Below, one piece after another: positions 15,320 to 28,852 of a DNA stretch of 64,000 nt. The notes under the pieces are model-generated. The model did not search any database. It saw nothing but the letters and a program-made list of their open reading frames with translations, and was not told where the DNA came from. The stretch comes from Eledone cirrhosa (lineage: Eukaryota): NCBI GenBank assembly GCA_964016885.1, contig OZ024743.1, positions 346,518,001 through 346,582,000 of the forward strand, written 5' to 3'. The translations under genes and the position numbers were made by a program. Position 1 is the first letter of the stretch. Every line of letters begins with the position of its first letter.

Positions 15320-15589
15320 ATGTGTGTGTTGTGTTTCTCATGTCTATGTGCGTTTTGTTTTGTTTGTGTGGATTGTATCTTTCACTGTTTGTGTCTTTTT
15401 TCCTATTCTGTCTTCAGTCGTTAATGCTGGGTTATCTTCTATTATGTGTGTGGCCGCAATAGTTTTTCTGTCTGTTGCACCAGTTGTATTTGCGGATAGG
15501 ATATTTAATTTTATGATATATATTGAGACCCGTGTTACATTTTGGCATGTCGATATAGCACTGATGAGCTTTTCTCCTTAAATTCTCGC

Positions 15590-16420
15590 CAATGTTCTTT
15601 TATCCTCTCTCCCATGCTACGGACAGTCTTTCCTAGACTAGATTTCTTGTTTTGCTCTTTAGTTTTGGCTTACCTTCCCGATTTACAGATTATACAGTTT
15701 CTATCCGCACAAAAGGTTTTTCTAAAGGGGCATGACCTACTGATCATGGATTTTATGGGAACTCTTAATTATTCTACTACTTTATTCCTTAGGTTCATTT
15801 TGTATAATGCTCTTCTAAACGATACGTTAGATCACACTGTTGCGTCGACGAATATGTCATATTTGTATTTTCGGCTGTCATACGATGAGTTGGCTTTCCC
15901 TAACTTCTTAATCCTTTCTATACTATTCCATGAGTTGCTCCTATATAGTGGACAATTCCCATTCGCATTATTCTCCACAGTGGTTTTGAATTAAGCCTTG
16001 ACTCCTTTGTATACCCTTGACCTGTCTCTTTGGTTGTAAGCATAGAACTGCATACTGGATAAAGTGCTGTATGTGACTCTTTAACTCTGTTGGATCAAAC
16101 ATGTGGGTCACATTTGTATTCATCGTTACAATATCCGCTATGAAGATATTGAACTAGGCACTATCTGAGATAGCTGAGCTCCGGTGGAATAGGTACTCAG
16201 AGGCCATGGATTTAGTATAATATAATAGATGATTTAGAATCTATCATTCTTAATTTCCCTCCAGAGTTCTGGGTAGTCTACGGTTGGGGTGCGTAGTGGT
16301 GTGGTCTACTATCAATTAATGATCAGAAGGATGGAGTTATTTGCTAGATGCTCTCCATGGTGCTAAATTCTACTTCCGGTTCATGGGAATTTCTCATAGC
16401 GCTTGCACACTGCCAACATT
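15590..16420 (-). mobile_element. Decayed APE-endonuclease LINE remnant (RTE/CR1-like)
   Basis: Minus-strand fragments such as QFYAYNQ (cf. QVYAPT); heavily mutated. Confidence 0.35.
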
Positions 16421-17120
16421 ATAGGAAACCACACATCTTATATTTTAGAAAGATCATTATAATTAGACTAAAAACCAAAGAGACAGAATAAATATTATAC
16501 TTAAATAGTTACTAAATGTTTAAATAACCTCTATGGTACGATTTCCTGCCATCAAAAATCATCAGCATTCACCACTGATAACAACAGCAAATGGTGAACC
16601 CAAGAAGTATCAATCATCAGTAGCCATTTTGTAATTCCAGAAAAAATATTAAATCCCACAGAACTGGAAGCCAACCATTGCTCAAGCCACGTGTAGAGTA
16701 AAGATCAAACTTTAACGTTTGGTAGCATGAAAATGGTAAGTGGCAACGCTAGAAATAACTCACACACTAACAAACTAACAAGCTAGAAGCATGAATAAAA
16801 AATAAAGATCGATACAATAGACAACTATAATGCGGTTCTATGATATACTAGACCACCCGTTGGGTCACGTTCACTTAAAAATAATTTTTTTTCAAATCAT
16901 GTTCACGTAAAAAATAATTAAAATAAAAACACGGACATGTATATAATGTGAAATGTGAAATGAAATTGGAAAGTCCTTATATATGTATGTGTGTATGTGT
17001 GTGTGTATATATATATATATATATTGGTGTCTGTGACCTATATACACTGGTCAGAGACACACAAACACACACACGCACACACATTATATATATATATATT
17101 CCATTTTCCTTCCCTGTCGC

Positions 17121-17206
<86 letters not shown>

Positions 17207-17579
17207 GTATGACTCTCTTACAATGTAATCCCTCACAACCACTATCTCTTTCTCTCTATTTTCTCTCTCTCTATTTATGAAGGTACCCGGAAAACCCCGT
17301 ATTTCCGGAGCACGTGCTCTGATTTACGCAAAACTTTTTTTTTATTCCATTTGTATTCCCATTTCAGGGGCAACTTCTTTCCCCATTATGTGCCATTTGT
17401 GGTGTATCAAATTACAGAGGTGCACACAATCACAGAGTTTTAGTAGTATATAGATAGATACAGGTATGTATATACATAATACATACCCCCCCATATATAT
17501 ATATATATATATATAAATACACATATATATATATAAGTTGACGAGATATTTTTTAAGGTTATCTAAGCAGAGATTATTT

Positions 17580-18035
17580 TTAATAGAGTTACGTCCCTTT
17601 ATGATCTGAGTTCAAATCCCGCCGAGGTTAAATTTGCCTTTCATCCTTACGGGGTCGATAAAGTATCAGTAATGTACTGTGTAATTGCTGGCCTTGTGCC
17701 TAAAATAGAAACAATTATTAATCTGTATCGAGCATAGTTTCTAGGTAAGCGGTTCTTGGAGTAATGATAGTAAATGTGTGAATAATAACGTGGTCGACTG
17801 TACAATATAGTTTTATACAAAGTATTTTATGTATATATATAGAAAGATTAATTGTTTCTACTTTAGGCACAAGGCCAGCAATTACCTAGTGTATTACTGG
17901 TACTTTATTTTATCGACCCCGTAAGGATGAAAGGCAAAGTCAACCTCGGCGGGATTTGAACTCAGATCGTAAAGGGACGTAACTATGCTAGAAAGCAGGG
18001 CGTCCGACTCTCTACCAATACTGCCAATCCACCAG
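17580..18035. mobile_element. Two family-1 SINEs in opposite orientation
   Basis: + copy ~17580-17720; - copy ~17850-18035. Confidence 0.8.
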
Positions 18036-18931
18036 AAAGATTAATATCTATTGGTCAGTTCAAGTTTGTGTAATTGATAATCTAGCATGATGTTCTATAA
18101 ACGGTTTTAACTTTACACATTAAAAATCAATTTTGAAGTAGTTTGTAATCGAAATAAAATTTTAGTCCAATCTAGAAAAGACGTAAAACCTGCACATGAA
18201 AATCGAAGTAGTAATAGAGAATACAATTAGTTCTGTTCTTTCCTACCTGCATCAACCACTTCAGTTTTCAGAAAAACTCTCAGACGTTCTCGCAGTATCT
18301 CCTTTTTTTCTTTTCTTCTTCATTACAAATATAATTCTCTTCATTTGTAAGCATATTCTTTAGTTTTAATTAATGTAAGATTTCAAAGTCAACAGAAACA
18401 TATCACGCCGCCTATGGCATGATTTTTGGAAACATTTGTTGCTTGGCAAAATTCAGCTACTAACGTGCATATGGAGCATATGGAAAATAACTATTATTTG
18501 TTACCCCGTATATATATATATATATGGGGGGGGGGGGGGGGGTATGTTCTACCTTTCTCTCTCTCCCACTCACATAGTCTCTTTCACTCTTACCATCTAT
18601 CGCCTTTCTACCACTCCCTCTCTGCTCCCTCATTATTTCCGTCTCCCCCTCTCACTTCCGTTTTTCTTTGTCTCTCCCTCTTTGCGTCTGTTCTTGCTAA
18701 GATCAGATGTTTTACTCTTCGCTCTCTCTTATGCTGTTAATACAGATTCAAGGATTACGCTCGGTCTCCCTTTTACCTACTCCCTTGGTTACTGCAAATT
18801 ACATGTCTCGTGCTTCCCCCTATCAATCGGTATGTTTTTCTTCTGCTTATTTTCTTTTTCTGTCGTACTCTTCGCTACGTCTCTACATTTTTTTTCTTCC
18901 TTAATAATTATTTATCTTAGTTATTAACGTA

Positions 18932-18996
18932 CTGTGGTGAGATGTACTGTCATTAATGTGTCGAAATATTAGCAGCCCGCAGCAGACAGCCGAAGA
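18932..18996 (+). ncRNA. Candidate non-circularly permuted hammerhead ribozyme (C1)
   Basis: CTGTGG-tga-GATGT-A-CTGTC-attaatgtgtc-GAA-ATATT-agcagc-CCGCAG-ca-GACAG-CCGAAGA. Confidence 0.55.
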
Positions 18997-19411
18997 GCGG
19001 GAATTGACCGCATGTTTATGTTTTGCTCACGTTTTCTAAACAATATTTATTAGTAACCGCACAGCTCCTTCATCACTTTTAATTAATATTAATTTATTGC
19101 TTTGATTTCCGTCCTTGTTGTTAATTCTGGTTTTGGACTTAAGTTCTGCCATTTTGGATTAAGTCTTTTCCTTCCTCCTTTCTCCCTCTTTCTTTCTCTC
19201 CCTTTCTCTCTCTCCCACTCACTTATTCTCTCTCTCTCTCTCCCCCACACACACACTTATTATTTTTCTCTCTTAGCCTCTATCGCATTTCTCACCCTAT
19301 TTATCTCTCTGCTCCCTTACCACTTCTCCTCAGCCCTCTCACTTTCGTGTTTCTTTGTTTCTCCCGCTTTGCACTTGTTCTCGCTAAGATCAGACGTTTT
19401 TCTCCTCTCTC

Positions 19412-19489
<78 letters not shown>

Positions 19490-19494
<5 letters not shown>

Positions 19495-19545
19495 ACTGCC
19501 TTTAATGAGTCGAAACATCAGTGACCCACAGCAGACAGCTGAAGA
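19490..19545 (+). ncRNA. Candidate permuted hammerhead (C2, 5' part lost)
   Basis: GATGA-A-CTGCCT-ttaatgagtc-GAA-ACATC-agtgac-CCACAG-c-AGACAG-CTGAAGA-g. Confidence 0.5.
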
Positions 19546-19590
19546 GTGGGAATTGTCCTTATGTATGTGCTTCTCTCACGTTTTCTAAAC

Positions 19591-19692
<102 letters not shown>

Positions 19693-19710
19693 TATATATT
19701 TATATATATA

Positions 19711-20579
<869 letters not shown>

Positions 20580-20584
<5 letters not shown>

Positions 20585-20780
20585 ATATTAACAAATGGAA
20601 ACTATATTTATAAAACCATATTTATTTTATTTTACATATTTCAAGGGCCACCAAGGCAGATTATGGTGCGCTTTCATCAGATAAAATACAATACAGATTA
20701 GTTTTATAAATTAGTTTTATAAATAACGGTTGGAGCTTCCTGGATAGTGAATCATGAATGTTTGATTCTTATAGAATTGT
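20580..20780 (-). mobile_element. PLE pseudo-LTR fragment with hammerhead-like motif
   Basis: Minus strand: ttttat-CTGATGA-aagcgcacca...tggtggccctt-GAAA-tatg-TA; same family at 29130-29314, 36225-36425, 45170-45432. Confidence 0.65.
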
Positions 20781-21190
20781 GTATATATATGTATATGTAT
20801 TAAGTATGTATGTATGTATTTATTAAAATAAATACGTAAAATAAAATGTGCTTCTGTACTTTATGTTTCTCTGTTTTGAGATAAGAAGTCCAATATGGTA
20901 GAAAAGCAAACAGCTTTCAACATTTATTTTGACATATCATCAAAAAGTGGATAAAATATATAAAATGAAGAATATTTATTGAGCTCTCAAATTTCATCGT
21001 TGATTTACTGCAGATAACTGTGACTGTTATAACTGTATGTGAAGCAATAAATAGTTTCGTCTTGAATTTCTTGTTTACTCCAAGTAAGTTGTGATGTATA
21101 AGTACCATAAACAGTAGCATCAATAACATTACAGCTAAGAATTCTCGGATCCAAAATCTTCCGAAAGCAGCAGAAATGAATTAAAATTAA

Positions 21191-21830
21191 ATGCCCAGTT
21201 CTCCCACCCTATGAGTACGAACCATTGGATTCCAGAGGGAAGCGTGGTCGATCATGTCGAAAGCCACTGTGGAGTCGACGAAGGTGACATAGAGGCAGAG
21301 ATTTCTATGGAAAACCAAATATGTTTCGATAATAAGGCGGAAGACAGTATTGTGGTGAGCATTGGAACAATTAGGCAATAATCCAGTTTGTCGTAGACGA
21401 CGTCCGCTTTTGAGAGCGGGACAGCACGGCTGAGGAGGATCTTGATGAATACCTTGTTTGGGATGTAGAGATGTGTGATGTCCGTGTGGTTTCAGCAGAA
21501 AAGTTTGTCGCCTTTCCGTTTCCAGAACAGGAAGATAATACCTCGGGTCCAGTCATTTTGGAGCCGCTCCGACACCCATACTTGGTTGCTGATACAGACG
21601 AGCCATTGGATCATGTTATATCCCCCCGCCTTCAATAACTCCGCAGTGATAGTACAGGCTTTGTGTTTTTGAGTTTGTTCAGAGCGGCTCTGGTTTCATC
21701 GGGAATGCATGATTCTTTAGCTGAATCTGTGTCTGCGGCGGTTTCTCCTAAGTCTGGCCTTGTTTAGGCGAGGGGTCTTGTGTGTTCTGTAAATTCGAGA
21801 TAGCGTTACCACCTGGAGATTTGCTCCTGG
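21191..21830 (-). mobile_element. RTE-clade LINE reverse transcriptase fragment
   Basis: YVTFVDSTVAFDMIDHASLW (cf. FVDFxxAFDSVDRxxLW). Confidence 0.8.
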
Positions 21831-22384
21831 TAGGGCCTCCCTAGGCGGGCAGGGTTTCTGGGGAGGTTCCAGACCAACAGGGACCCGCGGCGCGTTGGCT
21901 CGCCGCCAATATCACAAGCCCATCATCCGACTATTCTGCGGAGTGCCACAAACCGCCCAGAATAACCATCAACCTGTTACGAAACCAACTAGAAGAAACC
22001 AAACTGCTCAACATGGACCCCTGCATGAAGTGGACCCCTGCATGCCCCACCAACGAGAAAGTGCGCCATAAAATTCGTGTTGCCAAATGGAATCTCCTTT
22101 GCCCAGGAGCAGCCACCCTGATATCCCGAGAGCTATCACACCACAACATCACAATGGCAGGACTCTGAGAGACTCGCAGGCCTGGGAGCAGGGAATTCAT
22201 CACGAGACATCACTGCCTCATCTGGAGTGGCTCTAAGGATAGGACGGTCCTCTGCGGTGTGGCACTGGCCATGGTCATGCCCAAGCACATCCGCAAGTCA
22301 CTCATCAGCTGGAACCCGGTGAGTCACCGTTTGCTGTCCGCCCGTTTTCTTCGCCGGCACGGGAAGATGACTAACATCGTGGTA
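21830..22384 (+). mobile_element. RTE-clade LINE 5' UTR + APE endonuclease fragment
   Basis: KIRVAKWN...AGL*ETRRPGS...LIWSG...GVAL...SLISWNPVSHRLLSARF. Confidence 0.8.
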
Positions 22385-23149
22385 AGGAAATCCCACCCAA
22401 TGACATCACAATATTTTCTTACGTTAGGCTTAAATTGTTGAGTGTGGTAATTGTTAGACATTTCGTTGGTTAAAGAAATGTCAATAGTAAAAGTGCTGGT
22501 GGCATGATCCGAGCCTAGATTCATATTATTTTCTGATTCCCAGTTTTTTGTAAAGGTAGGTGCTGAGAGACAAGACCATAAATGATCTATTGTTGAAATA
22601 CCGTTATTAAAGACTCTGTAGATAGGGAATATGGTAAGGTATGTAAAATGAAGTTGTATTTATTCATAATCTCTATGAGATATTCTCTTTCTTTATACAA
22701 TTGTTTCTTATGTCAGAGATCCAAAATGTTTGATGTGCATTGAAAGCCCCTGAAATGAGTGTATAGCTGTGTGAAATTGATTCGTCTGGGAAATATTTAA
22801 TTGTTGTTATTATCTCTGTGCTTTTAATTGTGGGTAGTTATAAATATTTATTCAAGTGGAGTCTAGCTTTCTTGTGTACGTATACACAATATCTATCGTG
22901 TTACACTCCGTTTGTATTATGTCTAATTTATAGTCAAATTTTGATCTAGTCATTATGAGACACTTTGATGCTGCATTATAGCATGTATTGAATCGAAAAA
23001 AAAGGAAAGTTTATGATATCCCTGTTGTACATGTTAAATAATTTAGAATGGGGTCTTGAGAGACAAAAATATATAATAAATGTGCTATAAAGTTTTAAAT
23101 ACAATTCCAAAAGTTCACGCTGTTTGTTTAGGTTGATGTATGAATTGTT

Positions 23150-23730
23150 CATTGTTAACTTTGCCTTACGGGGTAGATAAAATAAAGTGCCAGTAACGTA
23201 CTGGGTAATTGTGGCCTTGTGCCAAAAGTAGAAACAAATATTATCGTTGACGCTTGAGGGCGTTGAATTAGCAGTATCGTAGAGGGTCTGACGCCATGCT
23301 TTGCAGCAAAGAGTTATGGCCCTTTATATTCTGAGTTCAAATCCTGCCGAGGTTGACTTTGTCTTTCACCCTTACGGGGTCGACAAAATAAAGCACCAGT
23401 AATGTACTGGGGGTAATTGCTGTCCTTGTGACAAAAGTAGAAACAATTATTATAGCTGGCGGTCGATAAAATAAAGTACCAGTAATACACTGGGATAATT
23501 GCTAGCCTTGTGCCAAAAGTAGAAACAATTATCATCGTTGACGGTGAATTGGCAATATCAGTAGAGGGTCGGATGTCATGCCTTGCAGCATAGAGTTACA
23601 CCCCTTTACGGTCTGAGTTCAAATTCTTCCGAGGTTAACTTTGCCTTCATCCTTACGGGGTGGATGAAATAAAGTACCAGTAATGCACTGGATAATTGCT
23701 GAGCCAAAAATATAAACACTTATTATTGTT
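23150..23730 (+). mobile_element. Tandem array of ~4 family-1 SINE units (some truncated)
   Basis: Repeated core ending AAAAGTAGAAACAA at ~23235, 23445 and 23528, with a degenerate last unit. Confidence 0.85.
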
Positions 23731-24265
23731 GATTTTTTTCGGTGTTTCTATTTGAGCCCAATTTTTTGTAAGCCCTTTGCTTTGAACCCTCTTGATTTTT
23801 ATTGGGAACGTTGTTGTTAGGAAATTGGTTTTCTTGTGTTGCCTTGCTTGATGTATTGCTGTTTTCAGTTGCATAATGTGAGAATCAGAAAATGGAATGT
23901 TTAACTTTGACCGCAGTAATTATCGAGTTTGTTAAACATTTTAATACCATGATTCCCTTCATTAGTAGGTTTAGGTTTTTGCTAAATACATCTCTCAATC
24001 TGAATTAAAATGGAAGAAAAAAATGTAAATAATCTCCACATGGTGTAACTATAACGTTTTACAGATGGTAGATAAAAGAGGACAGGCATTAAGTAGTGCT
24101 AGAAAGAGCTCCAGGCGAATCCATTTTAAACAACTCAAACTAATTTAGAGAAATTAGCAGCAGAAATCAGATAGATCTGTCTATGTACGTAGAGCACTAT
24201 TTTGAAACGTAAGAATATTTAATTAAATTTGTATTTAAATCTAAATATCTACATATCATTTGCGC

Positions 24266-24316
<51 letters not shown>

Positions 24317-24321
<5 letters not shown>

Positions 24322-24508
24322 AGTAAGTAAGACCCCGACGGCTGAGCTCAAGCCGTTTCGACGGCTAATTCTGTACTGGATTAGCCGTCGAAACGGCTTG
24401 AGCTCAGCCGTCGGGGTCTTACTTACTCCTATTACCCACTTTACTACCCTAAGTATTGACCACTTTGGTGCGTTATGGTCCACCTGGTTCCTTACCACTT
24501 TTCCCTCG

Positions 24509-24510
<2 letters not shown>
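24317..24510 (+). mobile_element. Fold-back PLE pseudo-LTR fragment
   Basis: 116-bp hairpin 24317-24432 plus unpaired tail homologous to 26313-26380; (TA)n on both sides. Confidence 0.8.
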
Positions 24511-24540
<30 letters not shown>

Positions 24541-24544
<4 letters not shown>

Positions 24545-26378
24545 TTCCGGGACTGGGGATTTAAAATAACCCTACAAACTTCCCTATCCCGTGTCAATTT
24601 CCTGGACGTTACCCTCAACACCGATAATGATCTGTGCTACATATACAGGAAACCAAACGACAAACTTCACTATATCCACCGCCGCTCTAACCATCATAGA
24701 ATCATCACCAATAACCTGGTTAAAAACACATCCCTCCGCATATCTCGTTTGTCCGCTAATGACCAGATATTCGATGAACATGCGCCTCATTACAACCAAG
24801 CCCTCAAGCCAAGCGGCTTTCGGTAGGAAATCTCCTTCTATCTAGCTCTCCTAGCGGAACCAGCAGGTAAAGCCGCCTCTCACGCAATGTAACGTGGTTC
24901 AACCCTCCCCACAATGCCGAGATGGCAACACCAATCGGAAAAATCTTTAGGCGCCTCGAAAAACACTTCCTACCACAACATAATCAACAAAAACACTATC
25001 AATCTCTCCTACAGCACCACACCCAACGTCGCACAAAACATCGACTCCTCAAACAAGATACTCAACCCCTATGGAGGAAACAACCTAGACATTAGTGGAG
25101 AGCCCACCAGGAGGTGTAACTGCCCTGATAGATCTACGTACTCCCTCAACAAAAAATGCCGAGAACGTAACGTGATCTGCCAATGCAACGTGAGGACGGA
25201 AACCTCCAACGAAGCCTATATAGGATAAACCACTTGCGACTTCAAGACCCGGCTCAACCAACACGGACATACGTTCCGAAACTCGGCCCGGCGACACGCC
25301 ACTACACTTTCGGACCACATCTGGGACCTGCAAGATAACAACATAACATACCACCTTACTTGGAGCTTACACTCCAGGGCTAACTACTACACGGGAGGAC
25401 GCCGTCCGTGTAACTTATGCTCGGAGGAAACATTACAAATGCTGTTTAGGAAGGACCAACTCCTAAATAAAAAATACGAACTTGTAACTGCATGTAAAAA
25501 CGATTGCGTAGGACTTACCTCGCCCTCAAATACCCTCATGACCCGGGTTGGTAGACAATGGTTGCAACATCCTTCTTTTACCAACTTGCCGAACAAGATA
25601 GGGGAAACCCCAGCATACATAGGTAGATGTACTTCTTTTCTTTTTCTTTTTCTCTTTCTTTTTCTTTTTCTTTTCTACTTCCTTTTATCCCTTCTTATCA
25701 CTTCCTTCCACCCCCACTCCTCTTCCTTTTCCTTTTTCCTCTTTCGCCTACCCGAAAGCAGCCCATCGGGCTTTTGTAGCCTCAGTCCCCCCATCCCAGT
25801 ATATTATTAAAAGCATTGGCCGAAAACGCAATACCAGCTAAAAATATAGCAACTGCTTTAGACTCTAGAGATTTTTAAAATTATTTTTTCTATTTAATTT
25901 TATTATTATTTTTTTTTTTATTATCTTTTAATCTCAATTTATAAATCTTTTAATTCTATAACGTCCCTCTCTCAGTATCCTTTTTCGTCTGCTTCCTAAC
26001 TAGCCTAATTTCATACACACTCCTTAGAATTTGCTGTATAGAATTCACTTTCAACGCTTGACCGGCTCCACCCACTCCCTCATTGGTCTACAGGCTAGTT
26101 CAGGCACCACCACCTCCCACCCACCACCATGACAGATTTAATTGTGTTTACAAGAAATGTTGACTAATCCTTTTGACAACTACAATCTTCCTATATAAGT
26201 AATTACCCCTTGAAAAGTTCGGCTATTTATTACCACGATGAAAATGCTAATTCAGTCCAGAAATAGCCGTCGAAACGGCTTGAGCTCTTCCGTCGGGGTT
26301 AAACATTTTTCTATTACCCACACTTTACTAAGTATTAAGTACTCAGGTCCATCTGGTTCCTTACCACACTTCCTTCGT

Positions 26379-26380
<2 letters not shown>
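24541..26380 (+). mobile_element. 5'-truncated Penelope-like element: RT C-terminus, GIY-YIG endonuclease, 3' UTR/pLTR
   Basis: VNFLDVTL...YRKPNDKLHYIHRRSNH; WFNPP; CNC...C...YIG*TTCDFKTRLNQH; CNLCSEE...LLNKKYELVTAC; stops and frameshifts; ends in (TA)n. Confidence 0.9.
26232..26300 (+). ncRNA. Degenerate type-I hammerhead in the PLE 3' region
   Basis: (a)CGATGA...gctaattc/gaaatagc helix II...GAAACGG-cttgagctctt-CCGTC-gggg; 5' core damaged. Confidence 0.5.
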
Positions 26381-26438
<58 letters not shown>

Positions 26439-26439
26439 A

Positions 26440-26755
26440 TAATTGTTTCTACTTTTGGCACAAGGCCAGCAATTAACGAGTACATTACTGGTACTTTATT
26501 TTATCGACCTCGTAAGGATGAAAGGCAAAGTTAACCTTGGCGGGATTTGAACTCAGATCGTAAAGGGACGTAACTATGCTGGAAAGCATGTCCAGCCCTC
26601 TACCAAATTCTGCCAATCAACAATAATTGTTTCTACTATTAGCACAAGGCCAGCAATTACCCATTACATTACTGGTACTTTATTTTATCGACCCCGTAAG
26701 GATGAAAGGCAAAGTTAACCTCGGCGGGATTTGAACTCAGAATGGCAATCCATAA
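26440..26755 (-). mobile_element. Two tandem family-1 SINEs
   Basis: Reverse-complement core present twice. Confidence 0.8.
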
Positions 26756-27323
26756 TAATGATATTATTTATAGTTATGTATATACTATAAACAGGAATGG
26801 TCAATAATTTATTACTACCTTATTACCAGTAATGGAAATAGCTCAATGTAAGAACATCAGGTGTTTTACAGAGCAGGAAGATAATATATTGTCCACACAT
26901 ACAAATTTGAACTCTACAGAGACTATCATCGCATTACATCGTCCATAATTTTAATACACTAACATATTCGCTTAAAGTGCTTGTATTTTATGTAATACTT
27001 TGCCATACAGTATTTATATATGCCTAATAACTTTGCTTGTTTCATTCTCATATATATGACTAACGCACGTTCACTCTCTACACGCTTGAATATGCACTTC
27101 TTTCTCAATGCCTCTTTAATTATTAAACTATTCTCTTGTATTATCTGTCGCATGTATTCCACTCTGTGCTTTTAATTTGAATTTGAATTTTTGTACAAAT
27201 CTCGTATAATATATGTCGCATCCATTACACCCTGTAAATACTAAACTGTTGTTCACAACATCAATGTATCTATATGATTGTTCAGTCGAATAAGTGGTTA
27301 ATTATATGTACAAACATTGATAA

Positions 27324-27370
27324 TGCCCCGATGATTCCAAACGAAAGTTTGGAAGAAACAATTGTCAGCA
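27324..27370 (+). ncRNA. Minimal type-I hammerhead, CCGAUGA core variant
   Basis: tgcc-CCGATGA-ttccaaac-gaaa-gtttggaa-GAAA-CAATTG-TC-agca: 8-bp helix II, palindromic helix III, GUC triplet; ~40 nt before (TA)n. Confidence 0.75.
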
Positions 27371-27406
27371 ATTAAATGGTTTGAACATAACTTTGATATT
27401 TGTGTA

Positions 27407-27540
<134 letters not shown>

Positions 27541-28305
27541 TACTAGTTTGTTTTTCAATTGATATATCTCGGTATATATCGTTTACACTTATATTATAGA
27601 TACTCTGAAGAGAAGTTTATTGAGATTTGTATTTACAAACGTTATCGATATATATTTTTATGTATTGATTAAACCTAAAATTAGCTTATATATATATATA
27701 TATATATACTTCGTTTTTCTATTTGTTTTGCGTGGCACGTATTTATCTTTGGAAATCTGCTTCCCAAGGAGAAGGCGTTTGGGCACATAGAGTTCCTGAA
27801 TTCCGAACAAAAAAAAAGAAGAAAAAAGCAAACACATAAACATAAGCTTATGTCATTTCTATCAACAAAATTATACGTTAATTCGCAGAGAGAAAAGGTC
27901 ACGGATAGCCAATCAAATTATTGAAGGATTTTTTTCATCGTCTGAGGAAACGTTCTTTTCTCCTGTCCGTCTTTCGATTTCGAATTGTTAATATGTCTAT
28001 GACTTTACGTCACAGCGTGGTTTAGTAGTTAGAGATGTTGGCTTACGATCGCAAGATTGTGAGTTCGATTAACGGAGGTGAGTTTTGTTCTTGACTAAGA
28101 TATTTTATTTTGCGTTGCTTCAGGCATCTTCCCTTAGGAACCACATTGGAGAGGATAGACGATTCGCAGAGACAAACCACAGGGAATGAGTAACGGGAAA
28201 AGTGGCGCGGAGGAAACATAGTGTGACATGGAAGAAAGAAAATAGAAAATTGAAAAAAATAAATAAAATTAAAAATTACCGGTCACCGACGGGCTACTCT
28301 GCTCG

Positions 28306-28390
<85 letters not shown>

Positions 28391-28435
28391 ATACTTGGCG
28401 TAAGCATACAATACAACAGGGAGAAACATAATAGC

Positions 28436-28477
28436 ACCACTGATGATGTTGCAGATGTGCAATGAAAGAACTTTGTT
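28436..28477 (+). ncRNA. Minimal type-I hammerhead in PLE pLTR piece 28384-28722
   Basis: CTGATGA-tgttgca-gatg-tgcaat-GAAA-gaac-TT; homologous to 59780-59821. Confidence 0.65.
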
Positions 28478-28718
28478 AGACTATATATATGTGTTTGTGT
28501 CTATATTATATCTGTATTTTTGACCGTTGGCCAGTCAATGGTAACATTGAGGACCGAATAAATTAAATTAACCGATATAAAAGACTCAGAAGGGAAAACC
28601 AACCAAACAGTGAGTGTGTTCTGTTATTAATTCTGGCAATATTATTACACAAATATGACCCTCCCCAAGTATAACAATATTTGTTTCGACACACGATTTC
28701 ATATAAAAAACCTCGCAA

Positions 28719-28839
<121 letters not shown>

Positions 28840-28852
28840 CATATAGAGAGAG

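Larger units (their letters stand above)
21005..22615 (-). pseudogene. Possible host terminal exon interrupted by an RTE insertion
   Basis: Acceptor ttccctatctacag|A at 22615; ~77 open codons to ~22385; ~60 open codons from ~21190 to TAA at 21005-21007; AATAAA at 20975-20980. Joining needs a 1-nt frameshift; no family recognised. Confidence 0.3.

Noticed and set aside
16640-16741. Possible exon ending at an ATG|GTAAGT donor
   Set aside because: Stops in all frames from the plausible acceptors.
22694-22720. Minus-strand CTGACATAAGAAACAATTGTA
   Set aside because: Probably a decayed pLTR hammerhead, but the core and stem I are too damaged to call.
23150-23730. Regularly repeated motifs resembling a CRISPR array or tRNA cluster
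   Set aside because: Units are diverged tandem SINEs in eukaryotic DNA; no unique spacers, cas genes or full cloverleaf.
25100-25510. Selenocysteine (UGA) recoding as reported for some PLE clades
   Set aside because: The Cys positions checked use TGT/TGC; the stops seen are TAA/TAG decay.
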